The position numbers and the translations under genes were made by a program. A stretch of 62,463 nt of DNA from a virus (Duplodnaviria; Caudoviricetes), in IMG/VR virus record IMGVR_UViG_3300046780_000362, positions 1 to 62,463 of that record; one strand, written 5' to 3'. The notes beneath the pieces are model-generated. The model was not told the origin of the DNA. It worked only from the letters and a program-made list of their open reading frames with translations, and searched no databases. Shown piece by piece: positions 47,749-56,852 of this stretch. Position 1 is the first letter of the stretch; every line of letters starts with the position of its first letter.

Positions 47749-48591
47749 ATAGCTGTACAGAACCCACTTCAGCCAGCAAAGCGCGGCGCGGTCGCGATAC
47801 CGAATCGACCAGCGTTTCCGAACAACTGGAGCACTGCGCAGAAGATCGCGACGCTCAACGACCAAAATCCAAGATGGTGGCACAATTTCACCGCAGACCC
47901 GGAAGGGGTTCCTACGACGCTCACGGGCGGCGGGAAGTTCATTCCCATGCTTGCGTGGCCCGCCGACGCAGGCGACAACGGGCCGAGCAGCATCCTTCCA
48001 GCGAACATCGCGTTGGCGGTTACCAACGCCGCAGATAGCGGATGGATCGCTACCTTCGGCGAATTCGACCAAAACGGCTTCACCGTTCAACAGGCGATCG
48101 ATGGGTGGGTGGCCATCGTTACGGACCCGAACGTAGGCGCACATCCAGAAATCAAGCTCATCTCTCCCTATGCGGTCACGCTCGCCAATCTCCAGTCGTT
48201 CATGACCGGGATCACGTCCCTCGGTGTTCGACTCCCGGACGCCATAGCGCTCGACGGGTACTCCGGCAACCTGACGGACCCCATGCAGAGCGTTGGTATT
48301 GTGCAGAACCGGGTGCGGTCATGGCACGCCGCGTTCCCGACTTACCCGCTTTGGTATATGGAGTATGCGATTAACGCTGTCGGGACGCCGTCCGACACGG
48401 TGGTCACCACGTTCATGCACGACATTGCCGAATGGTTCAACTTGCAGGCTTACGTCCTCGGTCACTTCTGGTGGTTCATGGGGCCGCCCAGTTTCGCGCA
48501 CGGGCAATTTTCTGCGCGCAATCAGGTTCTCTATGACGAAAGTGCGGTGGTTACCGGTATCGGGAATTACTGGAAATCTCTTCCGTACTAG
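47749..48591 (+). CDS. Glycoside hydrolase (GH128/Glyco_hydro_cc-like beta-glucanase), non-canonical start
   Basis: KRG, WWHNF, FIPMLAW, FGEFD, PLWYMEYA; frame is open from ATA at 47749, first ATG at 47947. Confidence 0.6.
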   Translation: MAVQNPLQPAKRGAVAIPNRPAFPNNWSTAQKIATLNDQNPRWWHNFTADPEGVPTTLTGGGKFIPMLAWPADAGDNGPSSILPANIALAVTNAADSGWIATFGEFDQNGFTVQQAIDGWVAIVTDPNVGAHPEIKLISPYAVTLANLQSFMTGITSLGVRLPDAIALDGYSGNLTDPMQSVGIVQNRVRSWHAAFPTYPLWYMEYAINAVGTPSDTVVTTFMHDIAEWFNLQAYVLGHFWWFMGPPSFAHGQFSARNQVLYDESAVVTGIGNYWKSLPY

Positions 48592-48643
48592 CCAAGAGGG
48601 CTTCTAGTGCCACAAGAAGGCAGATTGTGCCATAATAACTACC

Positions 48644-48931
48644 GTGACGCCCCCCGGACCCCGCGAACAGATTGACGCCGCGATCGACCACTTGTCGGTG
48701 GCGATCGCCGCGATCGATCGTGCGACCGCGGCGATCGTGTCGAAACGCGACGCGTCGAAGGCGTGGCGCTCGGAGCTCGCGGTCGCGCGTACGGATCTCG
48801 AGATCACGTCGCGGCGTATGCGCGACGCGCGAGACGAGCTCACGCCGTCTGTGCGCTCGACAGACCCGCCCGATGCGGCGTTCGCCACTTCGTCCACGTA
48901 CCCGAGCATGAGGCGTCCCTATGACCGATGA
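48644..48931 (+). CDS. Hypothetical coiled-coil protein
   Basis: CATAAT -10-like box shortly before the GTG. Confidence 0.45.
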   Translation: MTPPGPREQIDAAIDHLSVAIAAIDRATAAIVSKRDASKAWRSELAVARTDLEITSRRMRDARDELTPSVRSTDPPDAAFATSSTYPSMRRPYDR

Positions 48932-49166
48932 AGTTCCGAGTCTCGAAACGCTCTTGAATGCCGTGGAAGCCGTGCGCGTGGAAGTCGCGGCGAATCACGA
49001 AGTGCTCGGTAAGGCACTCACGTCGCTCCGCACGCTCGTGATCCAGTACTACACGGCGGTGCAAACGCGCGCGGACGATCACGCGCGGCGTCTCTCGCGC
49101 ATTGAAGGCGCGCTCTCGCTCCCCCCACTTCCGCCCGAGGACCCGCCGCGGGCGCTTGCCGGATGA
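48921..49166 (+). CDS. Hypothetical protein
   Basis: Coupled helical ORF. Confidence 0.5.
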   Translation: MTDEVPSLETLLNAVEAVRVEVAANHEVLGKALTSLRTLVIQYYTAVQTRADDHARRLSRIEGALSLPPLPPEDPPRALAG

Positions 49167-49585
49167 GCTCTGACGCGGCCGAGACGGGCGGAGTGATCGC
49201 GGCCGCCACCACCGTCGTCGCGGCCCTGTGGCTCGCGCTACGGGCCGCGACGAGCGAAAGCCGGGCGGACCTGAAGACCCGGGCCGAAAAGGCCGAGGGA
49301 CGCGCGGAGCAGGCCGAGACCCGTGCTTTATACTGGGAACGGAAGTCGTGGGAGCTCGCGGCCGAGATCAAAGCCGCGGCCGCCCGCCGGCACTCACTAC
49401 CGCCCGGGAGAGACGAGATGCCCACGCTCGACGCAATCCTCGACCTTCGGAGCGGCGACGTCGTGGCGGCGCGCCAGCGCGCCTTGGACGATGACTTGCA
49501 GCGGTTCGTAGCCGGCAACCCCTCCGCGCCACCGCTCGCGGGCGTGGCTCCGTCTACGCCGAACCGAGGCAAGCCGCCGAGGTAA
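49163..49585 (+). CDS. Membrane-anchored coiled-coil protein (possible i-spanin-like)
   Basis: N-terminal hydrophobic segment followed by a RAEKAE coiled coil. Confidence 0.45.
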   Translation: MSSDAAETGGVIAAATTVVAALWLALRAATSESRADLKTRAEKAEGRAEQAETRALYWERKSWELAAEIKAAAARRHSLPPGRDEMPTLDAILDLRSGDVVAARQRALDDDLQRFVAGNPSAPPLAGVAPSTPNRGKPPR

Positions 49586-49836
49586 GCCGCCAGCACGTCC
49601 GCCCGCCAAGGTCGTACCGGGTTTCCATTGTGAGTATAACGTGCAGCGCGTCACGCGCGACCACGAACCCGGCGTACTCGAGGAACGATTCGCAGAGCTC
49701 GCAATGGCGGGTCGAGCCGGGGTCCGTCCAGATCGTGATCATCGGACCGCCGGCGGCGCCGCGTCCGGAAGCACGGCGCACCCCGCGGCCTGTCCGAGCA
49801 GCCACCCGACCACGAGCGCGAGACAGAGGTCACGGA

Positions 49837-50718
49837 TCATAGGTACCTCGCGACGCGGTCCGCATCGTCCAGCCGACACTGAGCGCGCCGTCGCGTGTTT
49901 TCGTCCTCGCCATTCTTCGCCGGCTTCTTTGCGAGGTGTTCGCCCGCGTCCGCGGTAGTCGTGGCGCACCACTCCGCGGCTCGAGCGCGATCGCGATCGT
50001 TCCACTGCAGCGCAAGGCGACGCGCCGCAACGTCCGCCCACTTCGGATCTTGCTCGATCGCGAAGCACGACCGATCGAGTAGCTTGCACGCGAGCGCCGT
50101 CGTCCCCGACCCCGCCATTGGGTCCACCACGTTCTCGCCCGGGTCGCTCCACCACGACACAAGATCGAGCATCAGATCCAACGGCTTTTCAGTTGGGTGC
50201 TTGTCGGCGCCACGGAGGCACCGACGCGAGTACGCGATCAAATTGCCCGGGCAGTTCGTCCGTTTCGCCCCGACGCGGTGAAAGTGAAGGACGGCCTCCG
50301 AACCTTGCGGCGGCCGATCTCCGGAGAGTTGGGGCTGCGACCACCGAACCCACGGGAGGATCCCTTCGTACTCCGCCCCCTCTGGCGTGTGAGCCACGAG
50401 GCGCACATATTCCGAGTTCCCCATTTGCACGGCTCCGCGCCACAGGTGCGTGCTCTCGTGGTCGGTGAACACGATGGACCACCGAGACATCTTACGGGCG
50501 ATCGCCGCAAGGTGATCCATACAGGCTCCCGAGAGTGAAGCGAACCCGGGATCACGCTCGCGCGATCCGCGGCCACCCGTTCCGTGCGACGCCATGTGCT
50601 TGTGCACGTACTCCGAGTACGGCGGATCGACGATCATTGAATGGAACCCCTCGAAGGTTTCGGCGGGTATCGTCATCACGTCCGCCGTCACGAACTGGAC
50701 TTCGGTTGCTTCGGTCAT
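49837..50718 (-). CDS. DNA N6-adenine/N4-cytosine methyltransferase (beta class)
   Basis: IVDPPY, HPTEKP, VVDPMAGSGTT. Confidence 0.9.
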   Translation of the reverse strand: MTEATEVQFVTADVMTIPAETFEGFHSMIVDPPYSEYVHKHMASHGTGGRGSRERDPGFASLSGACMDHLAAIARKMSRWSIVFTDHESTHLWRGAVQMGNSEYVRLVAHTPEGAEYEGILPWVRWSQPQLSGDRPPQGSEAVLHFHRVGAKRTNCPGNLIAYSRRCLRGADKHPTEKPLDLMLDLVSWWSDPGENVVDPMAGSGTTALACKLLDRSCFAIEQDPKWADVAARRLALQWNDRDRARAAEWCATTTADAGEHLAKKPAKNGEDENTRRRAQCRLDDADRVARYL

Positions 50719-50924
50719 TGGCCAAACGCTTTCAGTGCGAGGGATCCGCCGCGCAGTAGTGCGGTGTCCGCGGTTTCGATCAGCTCGGCGCACTTCCGGC
50801 GGTCGCCCGCCGTCGCGCACCGGTGCACCACGCAGTAGATTAAGGCGGTGAGCGCGGCCGAATCAGAAAGACCGTGCACGAGGGTTTCGATCTCCATCAC
50901 CACGAGCCTCTCCTTTTTGGTCAC
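50715..50924 (-). CDS. Hypothetical protein
   Basis: Coupled ORF. Confidence 0.45.
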   Translation of the reverse strand: MTKKERLVVMEIETLVHGLSDSAALTALIYCVVHRCATAGDRRKCAELIETADTALLRGGSLALKAFGQ

Positions 50925-52183
50925 GCGGCCCGCCTTTCTTCGATCGCGGCGCGTACGCGCTCGATCCCTACGGTTACGTCACCGTCTCGGCCCCACTGCT
51001 TGTGGTACGTGATCGCGGACAGTGACCGCCCCGATCGGTACCCCGAGTGATGGTGCCACGCGTCGCGGCCGGCGAGAGTGCGGTGCGTGTTCACGACGCA
51101 TCCGCGTAGCTCTTTCGTGATCAAGTGGTGCACGTGCCCGGTATTCCAGTACCGGAACTTCGTCGCGCCCCACTGCTCCGGCCAGTCCGTCGCCATGATC
51201 TCCCCCAGCGCGTCGAGCTTCGCACCATCACCGTGCGCCCACCCGAGGAGGTTCACGCCGAACACGTCGTGCTGATAGGGGTTGAACCCGTCTTCGACGA
51301 TCACGCGCGGGTCGCGCGCATACGTCGCACGCATGATCTCCGGGAGCCAAAAGGACGAGTGCGGATCATGGTTGCCGGGGATGCTCCGGAAGCGCACGCG
51401 CGCGTGTTTCGTAAGCGCCGCGTCGATCAACCGGCGCAAAATGGCGAGCCCGATACGGCCCACCTTCCCCGCGCGGCCGTCAACGTCGAGCTTGTGCCCG
51501 GACTTCGGCGTCGCCTGGCGGTCGTCTTCGGCGTGCCAGAAGTCGCCTAAGTTACACACGATGGCTTCGGACGAGACTGGGGCTCGGGCCACGAGTTGCG
51601 CCATGCACTCACAGAGTTCTCGCTCCGCGATACGCACGTCGAAGTGTTCGCCGACCTCGGCCGCCCACGCGAGCATGCCAATGTGCGGATCGCCAAGCGG
51701 GTACACGGTGAGAAGGTCGGGGTTCGTGCCTACGAACTGTTCGTAGGCGCTCGACGTCAACCCCTCCCCCGAGATCGAATTCAGGGGCTCGACGGGGCGA
51801 ACGTACTCAGCCACGTGCGCCACGACCGCGGCCTTTATGTCGTCCCACTGCCCCACCTTCGCGGCGTCGTACGAGGACCACTGTATTTTCGTGGCCCCCT
51901 GCCCATCCTGCATGAGGGACGTCGACCGCAGCAAGAACGACGGCGGGATCGCGGTGGGTGATTCGTCCGCTCCGGCAACGCGCGTCTTCGCCCACTCGGC
52001 GCGCACCTCCCCGTCGGCCCCCGTGAGCGTCGACAGCCCGCCGAGTTCGTGGCCTTCGGGGATCGGGGGCTTCTTACTCGGTCCGCGCCGCGGGTGCGGC
52101 ACGTACGCGGCCCGCTTACGCTCGAGCTCTTTCGCCACGTTCTCGGGGTTCTTGCGCCACTCGGCTTTGGATCGTTGGCTCAT
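50921..52183 (-). CDS. Calcineurin-like metallophosphoesterase
   Basis: GDPHIG, GDFWH, GNHD, AHGD, GHVHH. Confidence 0.85.
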   Translation of the reverse strand: MSQRSKAEWRKNPENVAKELERKRAAYVPHPRRGPSKKPPIPEGHELGGLSTLTGADGEVRAEWAKTRVAGADESPTAIPPSFLLRSTSLMQDGQGATKIQWSSYDAAKVGQWDDIKAAVVAHVAEYVRPVEPLNSISGEGLTSSAYEQFVGTNPDLLTVYPLGDPHIGMLAWAAEVGEHFDVRIAERELCECMAQLVARAPVSSEAIVCNLGDFWHAEDDRQATPKSGHKLDVDGRAGKVGRIGLAILRRLIDAALTKHARVRFRSIPGNHDPHSSFWLPEIMRATYARDPRVIVEDGFNPYQHDVFGVNLLGWAHGDGAKLDALGEIMATDWPEQWGATKFRYWNTGHVHHLITKELRGCVVNTHRTLAGRDAWHHHSGYRSGRSLSAITYHKQWGRDGDVTVGIERVRAAIEERRAA

Positions 52184-52190
52184 GTGGCGA

Positions 52191-53066
52191 TCACTTTACC
52201 ATGCACTTGTTGCACGGGCCGCAACGCGCGCTCTCTGACTGTCCGAAAAAGTCGGCGGGGCACGTCATCACGCGAAGCTTGTGCGGCGCGTTCTGCCAGT
52301 ACGGCGCGATCGTCGGATCGGGAAGGTCGCGACCGCGGAGCGGGTAGTCAGGGAACACGACCGAGCCGGTGGGGAGATCATCGGGGACACACGGCATGTT
52401 CGTGATCCCGACCCCGGGCCCATCCGTCTGACCACACCCGGGGCAATACGCGGATGCCTCGTCCAGCGCGTGCCACTCGTGTGGGCCCACCGTCATGTAC
52501 GCGAGGCGAGCGCCCGTCCGCGAGGCGACCGCCCGAGCCTCGTTGTAGTTCTCCCGGTCCGCGCTTACGTTCACCGCCAGATTCGGCGCGACCGTGAGAA
52601 TGTCCACCACGTCGAGCGTCCGCGTGTAGATCCAGTGCGGCACGTCGCGCGAGGCGCGGCACACGTTCTTGATCCAAAGAGCGTGCTCCCAGTTCCACAC
52701 GTCCCCGGAGACGTGCCACCGGAACCCGAAGCGCGCGTGCTTCTCGATCCACGCACCGAGCGAGTCCGCCGTGTCGTACGCAATCTCGGAGGAGGAGTCG
52801 AAGATCCGAATCAACGCGGTGGCGTTCTCGTGGTACGCGGCGTATACGTCCGGCGCGTGCTTCGCGAGTCCCCGCACGTAGCACGAAGCGCGGCACGTTG
52901 CTGTGGAGCCAGGGCACGCCCCGGAGTCCGCACCGCCTACGCTCGAAGCCGGGAGAGAGAACGCGTTCGGCACTGGATTCGCGTACGTGCCGTTCGACCC
53001 CGTGATCTTCGAGTTGCCGTCGATCACGACAGTGATCCCGTGACCGAGGTCGATCCGGTCGTGCAT
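52191..53066 (-). CDS. Gp88-like (radical SAM-related) Fe-S protein
   Basis: FSLPA..CPG..C...CY, FRWHVSGD, WIYTR; start uncertain. Confidence 0.7.
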   Translation of the reverse strand: MHDRIDLGHGITVVIDGNSKITGSNGTYANPVPNAFSLPASSVGGADSGACPGSTATCRASCYVRGLAKHAPDVYAAYHENATALIRIFDSSSEIAYDTADSLGAWIEKHARFGFRWHVSGDVWNWEHALWIKNVCRASRDVPHWIYTRTLDVVDILTVAPNLAVNVSADRENYNEARAVASRTGARLAYMTVGPHEWHALDEASAYCPGCGQTDGPGVGITNMPCVPDDLPTGSVVFPDYPLRGRDLPDPTIAPYWQNAPHKLRVMTCPADFFGQSESARCGPCNKCMVK

Positions 53067-53074
53067 GAAGGCAG

Positions 53075-53593
53075 TCACGGCTTGCACCACGCCGCGCACG
53101 AGCGCGCATGCCCGATCGACTCGAACACGTCGTCACGTGAGCGGTGCGCTTCCGCCTTCGGGAGCGCGGGCATGCCGAGCGAATTGCAGAACAACGCCAC
53201 CGACCGCACGTCGTAGAGTCGGTGCGACAAGCGCGCCGCGAACCGCGGCATATGCACTCGTATGAACCCGAGATCGAAGTGGATGGACGACCCCGCCAGA
53301 ATCGGGCGAGCCGAGTAGTCGTCCGTCTCGGGCGTCATGTCCGCGAGCATGCCGTCGACCTGCTCGACAGTGAGCGCGGACGTTGCACACTCCGCGAGCA
53401 ACCCGTTCTTGGTGTGCATCTTCTGAATGAAGGGCGACAGGCCCGCACCGTCGTGCGCGATCACGGCGTGGAACTCGGGTCCGATCGGCGTGAACGGATC
53501 CGAGATGTCCGCGGCGGTGACGAACACTTCCAAGATCGTATCCGTGGCGGGGTCAAGTCCAGTCGTTTCGAGGTCGAGCCATAGGAGGATCAT
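53075..53593 (-). CDS. orn: Oligoribonuclease (DEDDh)
   Basis: WLDLETTGLDP, MHTKNGL, LAGSSIHFD, HRSRDDVFES; the ORF may extend to 53770. Confidence 0.85.
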   Translation of the reverse strand: MILLWLDLETTGLDPATDTILEVFVTAADISDPFTPIGPEFHAVIAHDGAGLSPFIQKMHTKNGLLAECATSALTVEQVDGMLADMTPETDDYSARPILAGSSIHFDLGFIRVHMPRFAARLSHRLYDVRSVALFCNSLGMPALPKAEAHRSRDDVFESIGHARSCAAWCKP

Positions 53594-53766
53594 GGTCGTG
53601 TTCTTTCTTGGTACAGCGGGCGTTCGAGTCCGGCCTGAATGGCCGCTTGCATCTTCGGTGATGCGGGGGTATGGGCGTGACCAGTAGTCTGGCCGCTCGA
53701 TCATCTTTCCCCGCTCCGGGTCGTAATAGTTTTCCATCTTCGGAACCCACGGCTTGAGTGTGTCGA

Positions 53767-54432
53767 TCATCGGCGGGCCCCAATTCTGGCGTCGCGCCTG
53801 AACGTGACCCCGGGCACCACCGGCGGGTCGTCACCCTTGTGAGTACGCGCGATCTCGGCGATCCGTTTCTCGTCCGTGATCTTATATTCGGCGGGTACCA
53901 TGTCGTGCGCGATGCGTTCCACGACCCACACGAACGTCGTGGTTGCGCGACCCGCCGGCGCCGTGGCCGCGTCATTGGCGGTGGCGAGCGCCGCGAGTAG
54001 CGCGGGCGAGTCGCCTTCGGTGATATGCACCGCCGCGAGCTCCCGCGCCTTGCGCTCGGTCTCGTGTTGCTTGATCCGGTACTCGGACATCGTGCCCTTG
54101 AGACGGGTCTCAGTGCGCTCATACGCCGCGAGCACGGGGGCGAACCACCCTTCCACGACCTTGATCCCGGCCTTCACCGGGGCGACGGCGCTTTGCCGCA
54201 TCTTCGTTACCGCGTCCTTTTTCCGGACGACGTCCGTAAGCATGGCGTCCACCGCCGTGTACTCCTCGGCCGTGTCGATCGTGAAGTCCTCGAAGGCGCC
54301 GGCGGTTTCGGCTTCGAGTTGCATGGCCGCGACTTCATGCGCGGCATGCGGCACGGGGATCGTGATATCGTACGCCACCGTGCCAGTCGTCCGGGTGATC
54401 GCGGTCACGACGGTGCGCCTTTCTTCAGCCAC
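53767..54432 (-). CDS. Coiled-coil phage protein (Gam/gp157-like)
   Basis: Long helix followed by W....VP.EY..DEK.I...VPGV.F. Confidence 0.5.
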   Translation of the reverse strand: MAEERRTVVTAITRTTGTVAYDITIPVPHAAHEVAAMQLEAETAGAFEDFTIDTAEEYTAVDAMLTDVVRKKDAVTKMRQSAVAPVKAGIKVVEGWFAPVLAAYERTETRLKGTMSEYRIKQHETERKARELAAVHITEGDSPALLAALATANDAATAPAGRATTTFVWVVERIAHDMVPAEYKITDEKRIAEIARTHKGDDPPVVPGVTFRRDARIGARR

Positions 54433-55004
54433 AGGTACGCGCCTTCAAGCACGCGGTGCTCGGTATCTATGTTCGGCGTGTCGACGTACGACAGCTCGTA
54501 CCGTTTCCCGCCGCGCATGCACGTAGCGGCCCACACGTACGTATTCGACAGGGTGGACCACTCGCGTACGCAACGGAAGTCCGGCGCCATCTCGAGGCAC
54601 GCGGCGCGTAACTGTGCGCGGGTCATTCGCCACCTCGCGCGGTGCGGCTTGGCGCCGCCCCGTACTGACTCGGGTCGGGCCCCGCGTGCTTGACCATGGC
54701 GTCGGCAAACTCGAATGAGCCTGTCACGATGTCCGTGACGTACGCGCCCCGGTCTTTGACCGGCTTGTTGAGCGAAGCGCGGAGTAGCTCGCGCATGGCC
54801 GCGACGGCGCAGTATTGTCGGAACGTGATCATCGCCGCCCCCTCACGAGCAAGGCTTCTAGATGCTCCTCGAGTGCGTCGACAACCGCCTGATGCTCGAA
54901 CAGGGGCACGCCCCCGATCACCTCCACACGGGTTCGCGCGATCAATGCCATGCGATACGCTCTCAACGCACGGAGCGGGGTAAGCCGCCGTCTTCTTTCT
55001 TTCG

Positions 55005-55517
55005 TCATCGTTTCTCCATCCTTTTCAGTTTCACGAGACCCATGCACGTTGCGTCCAGCAAGTTGTGCGTCACGGACTTCGCCGCGTAGCAGTCCGCACC
55101 CGAGATCGCCCACCGGCGGAGCGCGCCTTTTTCGACGGCGGCCGTGATCTCCGCGCGCGTCGCGTCTCCGCCAAGCACGACACGTTCCGCCGGCGTGAAC
55201 ACGGCCCACGCACGCGAGTGCATCACGGGTTTTGGCTCCTGCCCCTTCCACTGCTCCGGGGTCCACAGCGTCACGGGGGCGCCACCATGCCCCGCGGCGT
55301 GGCCGGCGGCGAGTAGCCCACCCGTCATCATCTTGATCAACTTCGGCACGCGGGGCACGTCGACCGCGCCGCGAAACTGCCACTGCTCCACGACAATCCA
55401 GTCCAGGCCGGCGCCAGTGGGCCACTGCCAGAAACAAGCGTGCACGAGTTCGCCGCGGGCGAAGTACGCGCACGCGGGGTTCACGCCCGAGTCGATCGCG
55501 AGGCCCGACGTGCTCAC
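55005..55517 (-). CDS. RuvC-like Holliday junction resolvase
   Basis: LAIDSG, VVEQ, PEQWKG, HNLLDA. Confidence 0.7.
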   Translation of the reverse strand: MSTSGLAIDSGVNPACAYFARGELVHACFWQWPTGAGLDWIVVEQWQFRGAVDVPRVPKLIKMMTGGLLAAGHAAGHGGAPVTLWTPEQWKGQEPKPVMHSRAWAVFTPAERVVLGGDATRAEITAAVEKGALRRWAISGADCYAAKSVTHNLLDATCMGLVKLKRMEKR

Positions 55518-55732
55518 GCGTACGTCCAGTCTGTCGCGATCAAGTCCGTGGTGGTGAGCACGCACGGGACGCGCCGGCCCTGCCCGGACAACTCGAGGAT
55601 CGGAGGCGGGGCGATGCCCGTAGGGGTCGCGGCGCGCGGCCGAACGAGCGCGATCGAAGTGTTCACCGCCCACGCTTTGCGGCGGACCGCTCGGCCGTTG
55701 CGTGTGGCTTGCACAGCCCACCCGATGTTCAT
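55514..55732 (-). CDS. DUF2829 (Tad2-like) protein
   Basis: MNIGWAV..G.AVRRKAW...TDLIATDW. Confidence 0.65.
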   Translation of the reverse strand: MNIGWAVQATRNGRAVRRKAWAVNTSIALVRPRAATPTGIAPPPILELSGQGRRVPCVLTTTDLIATDWTYA

Positions 55733-55865
55733 GGGTGTGCCACCCGGAAACAGTGACCGACGGTGTACGCCCCAAACGCACCGAGTAGCGGGTGCCCGTG
55801 CGTGGCAAAGTACAGTGACCACGAAAGCAGCACGATCTCGATCGTATACACGACAACCTTGCTTG

Positions 55866-56390
55866 TCACTGATACCCCCTCGTGCACACGCACTGCAAGC
55901 ACGCGCGCGAATTCGAGTCGTCCGTGATCTCTTTCTCGCAGAACATGCACGCCCGGCGCACTGGGCGGCCGTGCTCTTCGTTCGCCTGGCGAGTTCGGAA
56001 CCCCCACCCCGCCCCGTGTTTCTCGCCCGCGTGAAAGAGCGTCCACGTGTTCGGGGACACGTCTACGATGCAGTGATAGTCGTTCGGCCACAGCACGGCC
56101 GAGTCGCCGGCGCGGCGCACGTAATGCTCACCGTCGCGCGTCTCTATGTACTGCCCGCGTAGCACGAGAAGCGTTCCGTACGTCCACGGGTGGCAGTGCT
56201 CCGACCGCACCGCGTCCGGTCGGTTGATCCGGTGGAGGTACCACCCGGGCGTGCCCGTCTCGGTGCCCTTGGGGCGCGAGGTGAGAAACCACCGCGTGAT
56301 GAGTGGCGGTGTGACGTGTTGCCCGACCTCGCGGCGCGGTCGGAGGAACGCGTAGATGCGAAGGGCGAACCAAAGGAGATAGTACTTCAT
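55866..56390 (-). CDS. Cupin-fold protein (copy 2) with Zn-ribbon tail
   Basis: HCHPW..LRGQYIE..YHCI..WGF. Confidence 0.65.
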   Translation of the reverse strand: MKYYLLWFALRIYAFLRPRREVGQHVTPPLITRWFLTSRPKGTETGTPGWYLHRINRPDAVRSEHCHPWTYGTLLVLRGQYIETRDGEHYVRRAGDSAVLWPNDYHCIVDVSPNTWTLFHAGEKHGAGWGFRTRQANEEHGRPVRRACMFCEKEITDDSNSRACLQCVCTRGYQ

Positions 56391-56758
56391 AGTGCGTCGT
56401 TCCTTTCCCACTCCCGGATCACGATCGACCGTTGCCCCGCGATCGGTTTCAGATCCGGGAAGTACTCCGTCATCTTCGGCGTGTAGCACGTCCATTGCAC
56501 GGGCCAGCGGCGCAAGATCCAGGCGAGCCACCCACGGCGAAAGAACGTCCACTTCGTGTAATCCCACCACGTTCGCGGGTATTGCACGATCACGCCGGAG
56601 GCTTTTCGCCCGGCGATGAAGGCGTGCAATTCTAGAACCATGCCGCGCGCCGTCTGTTCGATCCGCAACTCGGCGGACCCGGGGGCGTCCGCGAGCACGT
56701 ATTGCGAAATCTCTTTACGACACGCGAAGGAGTACACGTCGAGCTTGGTAGTGATCAC
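56387..56758 (-). CDS. Hypothetical protein
   Basis: Coupled ORF, YPRTWWD motif. Confidence 0.5.
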   Translation of the reverse strand: MITTKLDVYSFACRKEISQYVLADAPGSAELRIEQTARGMVLELHAFIAGRKASGVIVQYPRTWWDYTKWTFFRRGWLAWILRRWPVQWTCYTPKMTEYFPDLKPIAGQRSIVIREWERNDAL

Positions 56759-56852
56759 CGGCACACCAAAACCGTGAACAGGATCACGGACCCGAAGAAG
56801 GCCACGACCGCGCACGCGATCGAGAACCAGTAACAGAACACGGCGAAACCTT

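Noticed and set aside
43186-48591. Diversity-generating retroelement or fibre shufflon
   Set aside because: No reverse transcriptase, TR/VR pair or invertase seen
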